Shown here piece by piece: positions 43,566 to 52,610 of a stretch of 64,000 bases of DNA; position 1 is the stretch's first letter; each line of letters opens with the position of its first letter. This DNA is from Puniceicoccales bacterium (GTDB lineage: Bacteria > Verrucomicrobiota > Verrucomicrobiia > Opitutales > JAIRLG01). The notes under the pieces were generated by a model. The model saw nothing but the letters and a program-made list of their open reading frames with translations, did no database searches and was not told the origin of the DNA. The position numbers and the translations under genes are program-made. The stretch covers positions 27,861 to 91,860 of the forward strand of contig JAITRB010000003.1 of assembly GCA_031288595.1 (NCBI GenBank). Direction: 5' to 3'.

Positions 43566-44887
43566 ACGAGTTCTTTCTCCGTTTCCTCCGAAAGCGGCGA
43601 GGCTTCCTCCGGCAAGGGCTTGTGGTATTTTATGCCTAATTTTTCCAGCTTCCGGCAGTCGACCAGCAGGCCTCCATCTCCTTCGATTTTTTTCATTTCG
43701 TAGGAGAATTGTGCCTGCAGCTTGCCGAAGAGTTTGCCCACTTCCCTGAGGGACTCGAGCAATTCCCCAAATTTTCGATGCAGATAGCCTCCCCGTTCGG
43801 CGATTTCCTGAGCATTCCTATTCTGCCGCTCGATTTGCCAGAGCAACTGGATGAGCTTGAGGCTCAGGAATAGGGTCGACGGATAAACCGGAATGACGTT
43901 CCGCTCCCGGGCATATTGGGCCAAACTCCTGCCCTCTCCCTGTTGCTGGGAACTGATGGCCGTGGCATAGGCGGATTCCATGGGGATGAACATGAGAAGA
44001 AATGGGCAAATCGAAAGCCCTGTTTTCAGATCGTGATATTTGGCGATTTCGTCGATGTGCCGGCGCAGAGAGAGCCGGTGTTGCTCAAGTGCTCTCCTGT
44101 AGGCCTCCTCATCGCCCTCATTCTGGGCCAGAATCATCTGCTCGTAGTCCGTGAGCGAGACCTTGGCGTCGATGAGCACCCACTGATTCCTGGGCAGCCG
44201 AAAGAGAAAGTCCGGCTTCGCACCGCGCTGGTCCTCGAACCGCAGCCCTAGGCCGATGCCTTGGCGGATGAAATCCCCGTTCTCCTCGGACAGCCCCGCC
44301 TCTTCCAGCAGCGTTTCCAGCTGCATCTCACCCCAGTTCCCCTGGAGCTTGTTGTTCCCTCGCAGGGCTTGGGTCAGACTTTCCGTCGTGCTCTGCATGC
44401 GCTCCGCCTGGCGGATGAAGGTTTCAAAATGACCGGAAAGTCGGAGGCGCGATTCCTTTTCCGGCTCGAAAATACTCCGATGAAAATGCTCGAACTCCTC
44501 CTTCAGCCGCTGAACCAGATCGCCAATCTCTTTCTGGGCTTCCCGAGAAAAATTCTGCTTTTTAACTTCCAGGATCTCCTGAGCCAGCTGGGCCATCTCC
44601 AATCTAAAGCTCTCGCGGCGCTTTTCCTCCTCCTGCTGGTAGTGGGCCAATGAGGCATTTCTTTCCACCAAATCACGCAGCTGTCCCTGAAGGAATTCCT
44701 CTCTCTGCCGCTGTTCTCCTATCTGCCGCTCGTAGTTCTCGATTTTTCCGGTGGCTTTGGAGTAATTCCCCAGCAGCTCTTCCTGTTTCCGCCGCAGGGC
44801 CCATTCCCGATACCGGAAATAGAAAAACATCCCCAGCATGGTGACCCAGGAGCTGAGGAGAAGCAGTCCTAAGAGGGAGAGCTTCAT
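43562..44887 (-). CDS. rmuC: DNA recombination protein RmuC
   Basis: It has an N-terminal TM segment, a long coiled coil and KPDFLFRLPRNQWVLIDAKVSLTDYE. Confidence 0.8.
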   Translation of the reverse strand: MKLSLLGLLLLSSWVTMLGMFFYFRYREWALRRKQEELLGNYSKATGKIENYERQIGEQRQREEFLQGQLRDLVERNASLAHYQQEEEKRRESFRLEMAQLAQEILEVKKQNFSREAQKEIGDLVQRLKEEFEHFHRSIFEPEKESRLRLSGHFETFIRQAERMQSTTESLTQALRGNNKLQGNWGEMQLETLLEEAGLSEENGDFIRQGIGLGLRFEDQRGAKPDFLFRLPRNQWVLIDAKVSLTDYEQMILAQNEGDEEAYRRALEQHRLSLRRHIDEIAKYHDLKTGLSICPFLLMFIPMESAYATAISSQQQGEGRSLAQYARERNVIPVYPSTLFLSLKLIQLLWQIERQNRNAQEIAERGGYLHRKFGELLESLREVGKLFGKLQAQFSYEMKKIEGDGGLLVDCRKLEKLGIKYHKPLPEEASPLSEETEKELV

Positions 44888-45948
44888 TCCGGATTTTGGG
44901 AAAAATTCACCCTGGGCTCCGTCCTCTCGTGTTTGCGGAAGCTCTTGACGAGCTGTGGCAGCTTTTCCCGAACGGCGTAAAAGCGGTTTGCCTGGGCGTA
45001 TTCCATTGCCGGTGTGCCGCGGAGAAAGGATTTTGGGGGAATGCTCTTGGCGACGCCAGACTGGGCACCAATTTGGCTGTGATGGCCGATCCGAATATGC
45101 CCGGCAATGCCCACTTGCCCGCCGAGGATGACGTGCTCTTCGAGGCTGGAACTACCCGCAATGCCCACTTGGGCCACGAGGATACAGTGGGAACCGATGC
45201 GGACATTGTGGCCAATTTGGACGAGATTGTCGATTTTACTGCCGTGCTCCAAGAGGGTCGTCGCGAAGCGCGCACGGTCAATGGCCACATTGGCCCCGAT
45301 CTCCACATCGTCTTCGATGACGACATAGCCGATATGGGATAGCTTTTCGTGCACACCTTCCGCATTCATCTCGTAGCCGAAGCCATCAGAACCGATGACC
45401 GTTCCGGAATGGATGATGACCCGCTGTCCGATTTGCGAGCCATCCAGAATGCTCACATGGGGGTAGATTTTGCTCTGCGCTCCGATCCGGCAGTGGGAAG
45501 CGACGACGACATGCGACTGGATTTCGACCCCAGCCCCGATGAGAGAGTTTTTCCCGATGACGGCGTAGGGACCGATGCTGGCGGAAGGGTCGACCATCGC
45601 GCCTTCCGCGATGATGGCCGTCGGGTGGATGCCCGAAATGGGTGCTCGTGCCCTTTTTTCTTCGATGTGGCGGCAGAGGATTCCCAAACTCCGCGATGGA
45701 GAGGGACAGTGGAAAAAAACCTGTTCCTCCTTCGGCTCTCCGATATAGTCCTCCGGAAGCAGAATCAGCGAGGCCCGACTGCGGGCGACTTCGGGACGGT
45801 ATTTGGGATTGGAGAGAAAGGACAGGTCACCGGTTTCGGCCTCGGTGAGGTCGCTGATGCGGGAAATGCTACACCGGGAGTGGCCGACGATGCGGCTGGG
45901 CTTGAGCAAAATCTCCAGTTCCTGGATAGAAAAACCAAAGTCCCCCAT
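44884..45948 (-). CDS. lpxD: UDP-3-O-(3-hydroxyacyl)glucosamine N-acyltransferase
   Basis: It has an N-terminal LpxD domain and long hexapeptide-repeat region (IHPTAIIAEGAMVDPSASIGPYAVIG...). The protein is 354 aa. Confidence 0.85.
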   Translation of the reverse strand: MGDFGFSIQELEILLKPSRIVGHSRCSISRISDLTEAETGDLSFLSNPKYRPEVARSRASLILLPEDYIGEPKEEQVFFHCPSPSRSLGILCRHIEEKRARAPISGIHPTAIIAEGAMVDPSASIGPYAVIGKNSLIGAGVEIQSHVVVASHCRIGAQSKIYPHVSILDGSQIGQRVIIHSGTVIGSDGFGYEMNAEGVHEKLSHIGYVVIEDDVEIGANVAIDRARFATTLLEHGSKIDNLVQIGHNVRIGSHCILVAQVGIAGSSSLEEHVILGGQVGIAGHIRIGHHSQIGAQSGVAKSIPPKSFLRGTPAMEYAQANRFYAVREKLPQLVKSFRKHERTEPRVNFSQNPE

Positions 45949-46046
45949 GGCCCTTCATGGCAAAGCTTTGCTTCCCAGTGTCAACGGAAGAAAGCGAATA
46001 GATAGGCATTCGGCCTGTTGTAAGCCCTTAGATCCGGGCCTTCGGT

Positions 46047-46150
46047 GGGTGCAGCGCCTTTAGAGGCCTTTGGGCTCTCGCCCGCTGCGCGGGCTGCGCC
46101 CAGGGAAGAAAAGAAATTTCTTTTCTTCCCTGGGCGCAAAGGCGCTGCCC
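46047..46150 (-). repeat. Cloverleaf palindromic repeat CLR-A, copy A9 (inverted order)
   Basis: Outer stem ggg(t)gcagcgccttt/aaaggcgctgccc. H3 is agag(g)cc-ttt-gg(g)ctct. H2 is gcccgc-tgc-gcgggc. H1 is a perfect 21+21 palindrome, gcgcccagggaagaaaagaaa/tttcttttcttccctgggcgc. Confidence 0.85.
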
Positions 46151-46191
46151 TTCGGCTTGCCGAGGAATGCTCCTGCCTAATCGCTCACCTG

Positions 46192-47214
46192 CTACAATCT
46201 CCAGGAAGCTTCCAACAGAGGGCTTGCCTGGGTATGGGAGGGATCCACGAGGGCGGCAAAGGCGATCATGGCCGCATTGTCGCCCGCATGGCGGAGATAT
46301 GGCTGCAGCAGAGGGATGGAGAATTCCCGGGCCAACGCCTCCATCTCAGCTCGCAGGAGACCATTGGCGGCGACACCGCCGGAAAGGGCCAGACTGGCAA
46401 ATCTTTTTTCCGAAAATACTTGTCTGGTCTTGTGACATAGGGTTTCGACCACCGTCTTCTGATAGCTGGCACAGAGATCGGCCTGTTGGGCTGGAAAGTT
46501 TTCATCCGGAATCTTTTCCAGCAGATAGCGCAAACTGGTCTTCAGGCCGGAAAAGCTGAATTTCCTGTCCTCTGCTTTGGCGAAGGCCCTAGGGAAATCG
46601 TAAGCATGAGGATTAGCCCCGAAGGCCTTTTTCTCGATTTCTGGTCCGCCAGGGTAGGGGAGACCCAGAAGCTTGGCGCCCTTGTCAAGGGCCTCGCCGG
46701 CCGCATCGTCGACGGTCGCCGCCAGCACCTGAACTGACCAATGGGCATCCAGCTCCAGCAGCAGCGTATGGCCACCCGAAACCAGGAGTGCGAGCTGCGG
46801 AAGAAAGTTCGGATAACGGGAGAGAAAGGTAGCCGGTTCTTTCTCGAAAAGAGGGATCCAGGCAGAGAGAAGATGTCCCCGAAGGTGGTGAACCCCATGG
46901 AGGGGTTTTTGCCAAGCGGCGGCGAGCGCCTGGGCTGCCTGTATTCCCATGGAGAGAGAAGCTGCGAGCCCGGGCCCCGTGGTGACTGCCAAGCAGTCGA
47001 TTTCGGCCACATTCCTGCTTTCCTGCAGATTTTCCAGGAGTAGGGGAATGGAGCGCAAGTGCTCCCGTACGGCCAGACCGGGCACCACCCCGCCGTAGCG
47101 CCGATGGAGATTCAGTTGCGACTGCGTGGACTCATAGAGAATGCCTGTTGCGGACGAAAATACGGCCAGACCAGCATCGTCGCAGGAGGACTCGATGGCG
47201 AGAACGCACGTCAC
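46192..47214 (-). CDS. tsaD: tRNA N6-adenosine threonylcarbamoyltransferase
   Basis: VLAIESSCDDAG, GVHHLRGH and LSGGVAAN match the Kae1/Gcp family. Confidence 0.9.
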   Translation of the reverse strand: MTCVLAIESSCDDAGLAVFSSATGILYESTQSQLNLHRRYGGVVPGLAVREHLRSIPLLLENLQESRNVAEIDCLAVTTGPGLAASLSMGIQAAQALAAAWQKPLHGVHHLRGHLLSAWIPLFEKEPATFLSRYPNFLPQLALLVSGGHTLLLELDAHWSVQVLAATVDDAAGEALDKGAKLLGLPYPGGPEIEKKAFGANPHAYDFPRAFAKAEDRKFSFSGLKTSLRYLLEKIPDENFPAQQADLCASYQKTVVETLCHKTRQVFSEKRFASLALSGGVAANGLLRAEMEALAREFSIPLLQPYLRHAGDNAAMIAFAALVDPSHTQASPLLEASWRL

Positions 47215-47564
47215 TGCTCGTCGCTGCGGTAGGTGATGGACTGCGATTCGAAATCAGGAGGGAAGGACAGCAACGCCTCTTCCGGCAACGCGCATTCCGG
47301 AAAATCGGGAACATGGTTCCATGGAGTCTGAATGTAGAGCGCCGCCGTATCCTCCAAGTCCATCTGGTCATCGAGCGAGGCACTCTTAGGGAGAAGTGTC
47401 AGGAAAGGCTCTGGCGGAATAGGTCTGGGAAAGGACCCGAAGGTCCAGCACGTCCGGGAGGCTAGGAAGCCGACAGCTCCTAAAATTCCCAGCGTCAGGA
47501 TGCAGACACCGAACAAGCGTCGGCTCAATGCCAGCGATTCGACCTCTTCTCGGCGAACGTTCAA
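47211..47564 (-). CDS. Hypothetical single-pass membrane protein (TTG start, no visible SD)
   Basis: It has a TM segment LFGVCILTLGILGAVGFLA. It overlaps tsaD by 4 bp. It is in frame with the upstream small ORF across a TGA. Confidence 0.45.
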   Translation of the reverse strand: MNVRREEVESLALSRRLFGVCILTLGILGAVGFLASRTCWTFGSFPRPIPPEPFLTLLPKSASLDDQMDLEDTAALYIQTPWNHVPDFPECALPEEALLSFPPDFESQSITYRSDEQ

Positions 47565-47585
47565 AGCCGATGACGTGATTCTGAC

Positions 47586-47747
47586 TCAGGCATCCGGGAG
47601 GGTCTTGGGAAGGCCCGTGACCCGCGTGCGCGCTTCATCCCACTGCCCGCGCCGGCGCAGAAGCTCGATGCGCTCGAAGCGCTTAAGAACACTGCGCTTG
47701 TTGAAGATACCGCCACCCTGTTGGCGAAAACTGGGATGCTGAGACAT
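47586..47747 (-). CDS. Small basic ORF (53 aa) with a strong SD
   Basis: AAAGGAGAGTGAATC precedes ATG 47747. The product is MSQHPSFRQQGGGIFNKRSVLKRFERIELLRRRGQWDEARTRVTGLPKTLPDA. It is not in the track because it is under 60 aa. Confidence 0.4.
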   Translation of the reverse strand: MSQHPSFRQQGGGIFNKRSVLKRFERIELLRRRGQWDEARTRVTGLPKTLPDA

Positions 47748-47817
47748 GATTCACTCTCCTTTAGATAGCCTCATTTCAAAGCAGCATAGCTTGAAAAGCA
47801 AGTCAAATCGTCCTCTC

Positions 47818-48291
47818 CTAAAGTCCGTCTGGGGAATGAAGGAGTCTTCCCAGAATCCCGATACCCTCCGCCATGCTGCTGTTTTCAATTTCAATACTAC
47901 CTAAAAGCTCGGCAGGGGCGATGTTTTCTCCTTCGAGAAGCGAAATTTCTTTCTGGAAGGGGACCTCGGCTATTCCTTCCTCAAGGTATTTCTGCAGGAT
48001 CTCCAGAAGGTCTGTTTCCCGTTGAATGATGGATTCTCCGTCGGCGTAGCCGCGTTGGCCCCAAAATTGCGCGATCTCATCTTCTGGGCTCTTCTATATC
48101 TCCAGTATTTGGCTCTCTTGCTCTTCTTCTCTTGGAGAATCAAGCTTGGCTGGGAGAAGGCTAAAATTTCTCGCAGGCACCTGCGACCCTCTTGTTAAAA
48201 GGGATCCTTTCCCATCCATCCCCAATGACCTTGGCGAGAACGAGCAGTGCACTTGTCTCCTGAGTGAGCTCTCCAGGGAAACAGTTCGCAC
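47818..48291 (-). pseudogene. Minus-strand frame of about 157 codons interrupted by an in-frame TAG (48094-48096); product unknown
   Basis: The 65-aa track ORF (48094..48291) is followed in the same frame by 91 further sense codons. These read KSPEDEIAQFWGQRGYADGES...EILQKYLEEGIAEVPFQKE...HSPDGL and contain no ATG, GTG or TTG start. Confidence 0.3.
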
Positions 48292-48611
48292 GGCCAGATT
48301 TATCCAGTTAGCCCTGATGAGTTCTATTTCGGGTATATTTTCTCCGCTATTGCCTCATTCATCCATCCACCAGGAACTGCGTCCTGAGAAAGAGCTTCCA
48401 AGTCCATCAAAGGCGTCGCCTGCAGTCCAAGAGCGCAGGAGTCCATCGCAGCGAGTATGCCGGCAATCCTCAATTGTTCATCTGTCTCTCTCGGAAAGTC
48501 ATCATTCTGCCCGTGTGAATTCTGTCCCAGCGCCCATACCTGCATTCTCTCCTCAGTCTCTGTTCTTGAAGAGAGGTCGATAAGTGCTAAAGCTGGGAGG
48601 AGAGGCAGGAG

Positions 48612-50135
48612 ATGGCGATGGGCAGGAAGAGAGATCGGGATACGGGAGATACTTTCACCCATCGGACTAAAAATCTCTACGGCGGGATTGTGGCCAATCC
48701 TCTCTCCCTGAGCGAATCCCGGCGCTGGGGCGATATTGGCCGCTCTTCCCGAAAATTCCTGCAGTACCTCTCGGCCCTTGGAACATCCTTTTGGAGGATT
48801 TCCGAACATCCTCCAGGGACTCTCTTTTCAGGAGAGAGGGGAGCTCACTCTCAAGGCATCTGGTCCTCTGCATTGGCTCCCAATCCTCTCTATGTCGACG
48901 CTCTAGATCTATACGAATGGGGCTTATGGACAGCGGAAGAAAGAGATTTTTTCGAGGCTTATGCGGGGAGTGATTGGCCGAGCTACGCCGCCGTGAAAGA
49001 TTATCTCCTGCGCCTGGCGGCACGGAGATTTTCCTATCGGGCGTCCGGGGAATTGATGGTGGAATTTCTGTCCTTTTCCAAAACTGAGAAGGAATGGCTG
49101 GAACCCTATGGCCTATTCCAGTCCATCCATCGCGCTTTGGGAAAGCGTCCCTGGCAGAATTGGCCCGAGGCATTGAAGTGGAAGCATAAAAGAGCAATGG
49201 ATGTGAGCAAATGGCAATTGTCGGAAGCCATGCAGGTCGAACGCCTGTTGCAGTTCTTCTTTTATCGGCAATGGAGCTCATTGCGCACCATGGCTAAAAA
49301 TCTTGGCATTTCTCTCATCCCATCCATCCCCCTCTGGCTCGATGAGTCCATGGCCGACTTATGGTTGGAGGCGAAATTCTTTTCCCTCGACTCTCGGGGA
49401 CATCCAAATATCCGGGTGCTTCCCCAGAGCCAAAGAGAGAGAAGCTCGAAATCTCTGCCCCTCTACCACGCTTATCGCTGGCAGCGCATGGCGGAGGACC
49501 ATTATGCTTGGTGGGGGAGGCGCGTGCAGATCCTTGGCCAGCACTGCGATGCGCTGTACCTCAGCGATTTCCATGATCTCCTGCGTCACGCCGAAATTTC
49601 TCTGATGGCGGAGGGCAATATAAAGGATGATAGCGCCTACGTCGCTGGGCCTGGAGTTGCCTTTTTCCAGGTCCTGCAATTCCGCTCAGGCCACAAGCTC
49701 TGCATCGCAGATCCGAAAGATCCGAAGACAGAACCCCTCAGTTCCTCGGTGGAGTGGACCTCTCTGCGCGATGTCCTGTCGAGCTTTTGGTGCGAACGGG
49801 ACTCCGAGTCTCCCATGGGGGAATTGGCTGGGGAAGTCCCTGCAAAGGATGCTTTTCGGTGGGTTCAGCTCTTATGCCCCATGGAACAGAAAAGGCCCAC
49901 TTCGGGAAAAAGCATCGCCCGCATCTTTCAGAAATACGGACCTTGGAGCAAGGCGCTTAAGGGTGTTCTTGATCTTGGGAAACTCCGTCTCCTGCAGCGC
50001 TGGGGAAAGTGGCGCCATAAGCAATTTTTTGGTCTGCCTCTCTACCTTCGCCTCCAACGCCTCAGGATTGCCTGTTCGCGCTTGATGCCTTACCTCAAGA
50101 CCTGCATCCGGAAGATTTCCAAGAGAGATAGCTAG
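48612..50135 (+). CDS. Divergent GH77 4-alpha-glucanotransferase (MalQ)-like protein
   Basis: It follows the MalQ-like pattern: YGGIVANPLSLSES..WGDIG...FLQYL, ERLLQFFFYRQWSSLRTMAKNLGISLI, and YAWWGRRVQILGQHCDALYLSDFHD. The motifs are poorly conserved. Confidence 0.5.
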   Translation: MAMGRKRDRDTGDTFTHRTKNLYGGIVANPLSLSESRRWGDIGRSSRKFLQYLSALGTSFWRISEHPPGTLFSGERGAHSQGIWSSALAPNPLYVDALDLYEWGLWTAEERDFFEAYAGSDWPSYAAVKDYLLRLAARRFSYRASGELMVEFLSFSKTEKEWLEPYGLFQSIHRALGKRPWQNWPEALKWKHKRAMDVSKWQLSEAMQVERLLQFFFYRQWSSLRTMAKNLGISLIPSIPLWLDESMADLWLEAKFFSLDSRGHPNIRVLPQSQRERSSKSLPLYHAYRWQRMAEDHYAWWGRRVQILGQHCDALYLSDFHDLLRHAEISLMAEGNIKDDSAYVAGPGVAFFQVLQFRSGHKLCIADPKDPKTEPLSSSVEWTSLRDVLSSFWCERDSESPMGELAGEVPAKDAFRWVQLLCPMEQKRPTSGKSIARIFQKYGPWSKALKGVLDLGKLRLLQRWGKWRHKQFFGLPLYLRLQRLRIACSRLMPYLKTCIRKISKRDS

Positions 50136-50365
50136 GCCGCTTTTACGATTTTTCCTGCCTTGATCGCCTTAACGGATACCCAGAGGCGCTTGATCTGTCC
50201 GGATGGCAATACGATGCAAATACGCTGCAGATTCGGGCGAAACTTTCGCGGCGAACGCTTGATGATGTGCGTCCCAATACCTCCGCTCTTCTTCGTCTGT
50301 CCGCGGCGCAGAATGCGATTCCCCTTAACCGGTCGTTTCCCAGTAATGTAGCAAATCTTGGACAT
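50132..50365 (-). CDS. rpmB: 50S ribosomal protein L28
   Basis: MSKICYITGKRPVKGNRI...HIIKRSPRKFRPNLQ is typical L28. Confidence 0.9.
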   Translation of the reverse strand: MSKICYITGKRPVKGNRILRRGQTKKSGGIGTHIIKRSPRKFRPNLQRICIVLPSGQIKRLWVSVKAIKAGKIVKAA

Positions 50366-50483
50366 AGCAGCGAATGACAGCTTCTCATTGGATGGAGAAG
50401 TTCGGGAACTGTCAAGGGTTAACTCTCAATATGAGCCAAGACATGGGCCGCAAATCCGGAAGCAACTGAAGCAAATGCCAAGA

Positions 50484-50936
50484 TTACACCTGGACTGTCG
50501 CACAATCGCTTGCCGTCGCTTGAAGTGTCAGAATGGAGCTTTTTAAGAGCAAACAGGTCTTGGTCTCCCCAGAATTGGTATTCTGTCTATCTTGTGTGGC
50601 TTTCTCACGCCCTGCTCGAGAGACATTGCTCGTCAGATAATAACAGAACTTAGCATAGGCCTCTTTGTCAGCGGCACTCAGGGCCGCAATGGAAGCGCTT
50701 TCATGGGAACGGTATTGTTCCAGTAGAGCTTTGGCTCCGGTGATATTTCCGTTCCGGAACATCGCCTGGATATCCGTCGCGTCGCCTTTAAGATAGGAGC
50801 TGAATTGCTTGTAGAGCATGAGATAAGCGGGGCAAAAGGAATCCTTTATCACGCTGAAGCTGGTGGCTCCAGTATCCAAATAATTGAAGAGTAGATTCAG
50901 GAAAGCACCCGGATTCTCAAAGCTGCTCTGCCCCAA
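50484..50936 (-). CDS. Hypothetical protein (AT-richer ORFan)
   Basis: This is a 150-aa ORF. By eye it is AT-richer than the flanks. I recognise no family. Confidence 0.45.
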   Translation of the reverse strand: MGQSSFENPGAFLNLLFNYLDTGATSFSVIKDSFCPAYLMLYKQFSSYLKGDATDIQAMFRNGNITGAKALLEQYRSHESASIAALSAADKEAYAKFCYYLTSNVSRAGREKATQDRQNTNSGETKTCLLLKSSILTLQATASDCATVQV

Positions 50937-51306
50937 AGGAAGTGCTCAAACCGTTTGACGCGTCTGTTCGCAAAGGCGACCAATGCCCCCGTCGCTCCCA
51001 TCTCCCGCCGTTCTTCGGATTGGCTTCCCTCTCCCGGTGGCTTCGTTCAAGCCTGCTGTGAGCGGTGGATGCTTTTGTGAACTGCACTCGACACAAGGGA
51101 TGCCACCAGCGCGATGATCGCCACGCTGAGCAGCAGCCCTATCGGACTGAAACCGCGCGTTGGGGTCAGCTGTCCCGATCGAGCCGGATGATGAAATCGC
51201 TTCCCTATACCCCTGTATCAGTATAAATCGATTTTCTCGTGGGCCAAGTGGATTCCCCAGGCGCTCTTCGGCCCATGGCTTACCTTGACAGCTTCCTCGA
51301 GAGGAG

Positions 51307-52554
51307 ATGATGGAGGGCATGGATTTCAGGAAGTTTTTCGCGGAGCGCATCGGGGGTGAAATTTTCGGCCTTGAAAAGGCCTATAAGATGGAGCGGATCA
51401 AGGAGGCGAAGCGGCGGGCGCTGGAGCTCTTTCCGGAACGGCGTTTTTTGGATTTGGGCATTGGGGAACCGGATGCTATGGCCGATGGACGGGTCGTGAG
51501 CGCGCTCTCCCGGGCGGCTGAGAAAAGGGAAAATCGCGTTTATGCCGACAATGGAGCGCCTCTTTTCAAAAGGGCCGTGGCGGAATACATGCGGAGAATT
51601 TACGGGGTCGTTTTGGATGCAGAACGGGAAATCATCCACTGCATCGGGGCGAAATCCGCTCTTTCCTACCTGCCACTCTGCCTGGTAAATCCCGGCGATG
51701 TCGTCGGTGTAACGAAACCGGGCTATCCTGTCTTGGGCCAGCATGTCCGTTTTCTCGGCGGGGAAATCCTCGAGCTCCCCCTGCTGGCTAAAAATCACTA
51801 CCTGCCCGATTTAGAATCCATTCCGACGGAGATGGCAAAGCGGATGAAGCTGCTCTCGCTCAATTATCCCAACAACCCGACCGGAGCGGTCGCGACACGG
51901 GCATTTTTGGAAAAAGCCGTCGCCTGGGCTCGACGGCACGAAGTCATCCTCATCCACGATGCGGCCTATGCTGCGCTGGTCCATGGACAGGCCGAGGCGC
52001 TTTCCCTGCTCTCGGTCGAAGGGGCTAGGGAAGTGAGTATCGAAGTGCATTCGATGTCCAAGGCCTTCAACATGACCGGTTGGCGCCTGGGGTGGGTTTG
52101 TGGACCAGCGGAGCTCGTTCGGGCCTTTGCCTTCGTCAAGGACTACAGCGATTCGGGACAGTTTTTGGCCATTCAGGAGGCGGCCTGCGAGGCGCTTGCC
52201 CATCCGGAAATCACGCGGCGTACGGCTGAAAAGTATGCCCGCCGCATGGAAAGAGTTTCCGCCACATTGAAGGCAAATGGCTGGTCAGTCTCGCCCGCTA
52301 GGGCCGGATTTTTTCTCTACACCGCCGCACCGCGGGCGGTGCAGATCGCCGATGAGACCAGCGTCGATTTTCCCAACGCCGAGGCATGCGCGGCTTGGCT
52401 CTTGGATGCCCTGGGCATTATCTGCGTGCCTTGGGATGATGTCGAGCCCTCCCTGCGCTTCTCGATGAGCTTCGAGGCACCCTCATCGGAAGATGAGAGG
52501 GCCTTTTGCGAGGAACTGGGCAGGCGCCTAGCTCCGTATCGCTTCGAATTTTAA
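51307..52554 (+). CDS. dapL: LL-diaminopimelate aminotransferase (DapL-type PLP aminotransferase)
   Basis: The N-terminus FAERIGGEIFGLEKAYKMERIKEAKRRA...LDLGIGEPD is present, along with NYPNNPTG and SMSKAFNMTGWRLGW (PLP lysine). Confidence 0.7.
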   Translation: MMEGMDFRKFFAERIGGEIFGLEKAYKMERIKEAKRRALELFPERRFLDLGIGEPDAMADGRVVSALSRAAEKRENRVYADNGAPLFKRAVAEYMRRIYGVVLDAEREIIHCIGAKSALSYLPLCLVNPGDVVGVTKPGYPVLGQHVRFLGGEILELPLLAKNHYLPDLESIPTEMAKRMKLLSLNYPNNPTGAVATRAFLEKAVAWARRHEVILIHDAAYAALVHGQAEALSLLSVEGAREVSIEVHSMSKAFNMTGWRLGWVCGPAELVRAFAFVKDYSDSGQFLAIQEAACEALAHPEITRRTAEKYARRMERVSATLKANGWSVSPARAGFFLYTAAPRAVQIADETSVDFPNAEACAAWLLDALGIICVPWDDVEPSLRFSMSFEAPSSEDERAFCEELGRRLAPYRFEF

Positions 52555-52610
52555 GGACTTCCCACCCAGAATTTCGGGGCTTTGCGAGACGGGAACTGCT
52601 TGGGATAGGT

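Noticed and set aside
50946-51350. I examined ORFs 50946-51350 and 51280-51798 (-). I also examined a hydrophobic minus-strand frame at about 51060-51200 (...PIGLLLSVAIIALVASLVSS...) in the gap before dapL.
   Set aside because: The listed ORFs overlap dapL in antisense or are low-complexity. The hydrophobic frame has no ATG, GTG or TTG start after the upstream stop.
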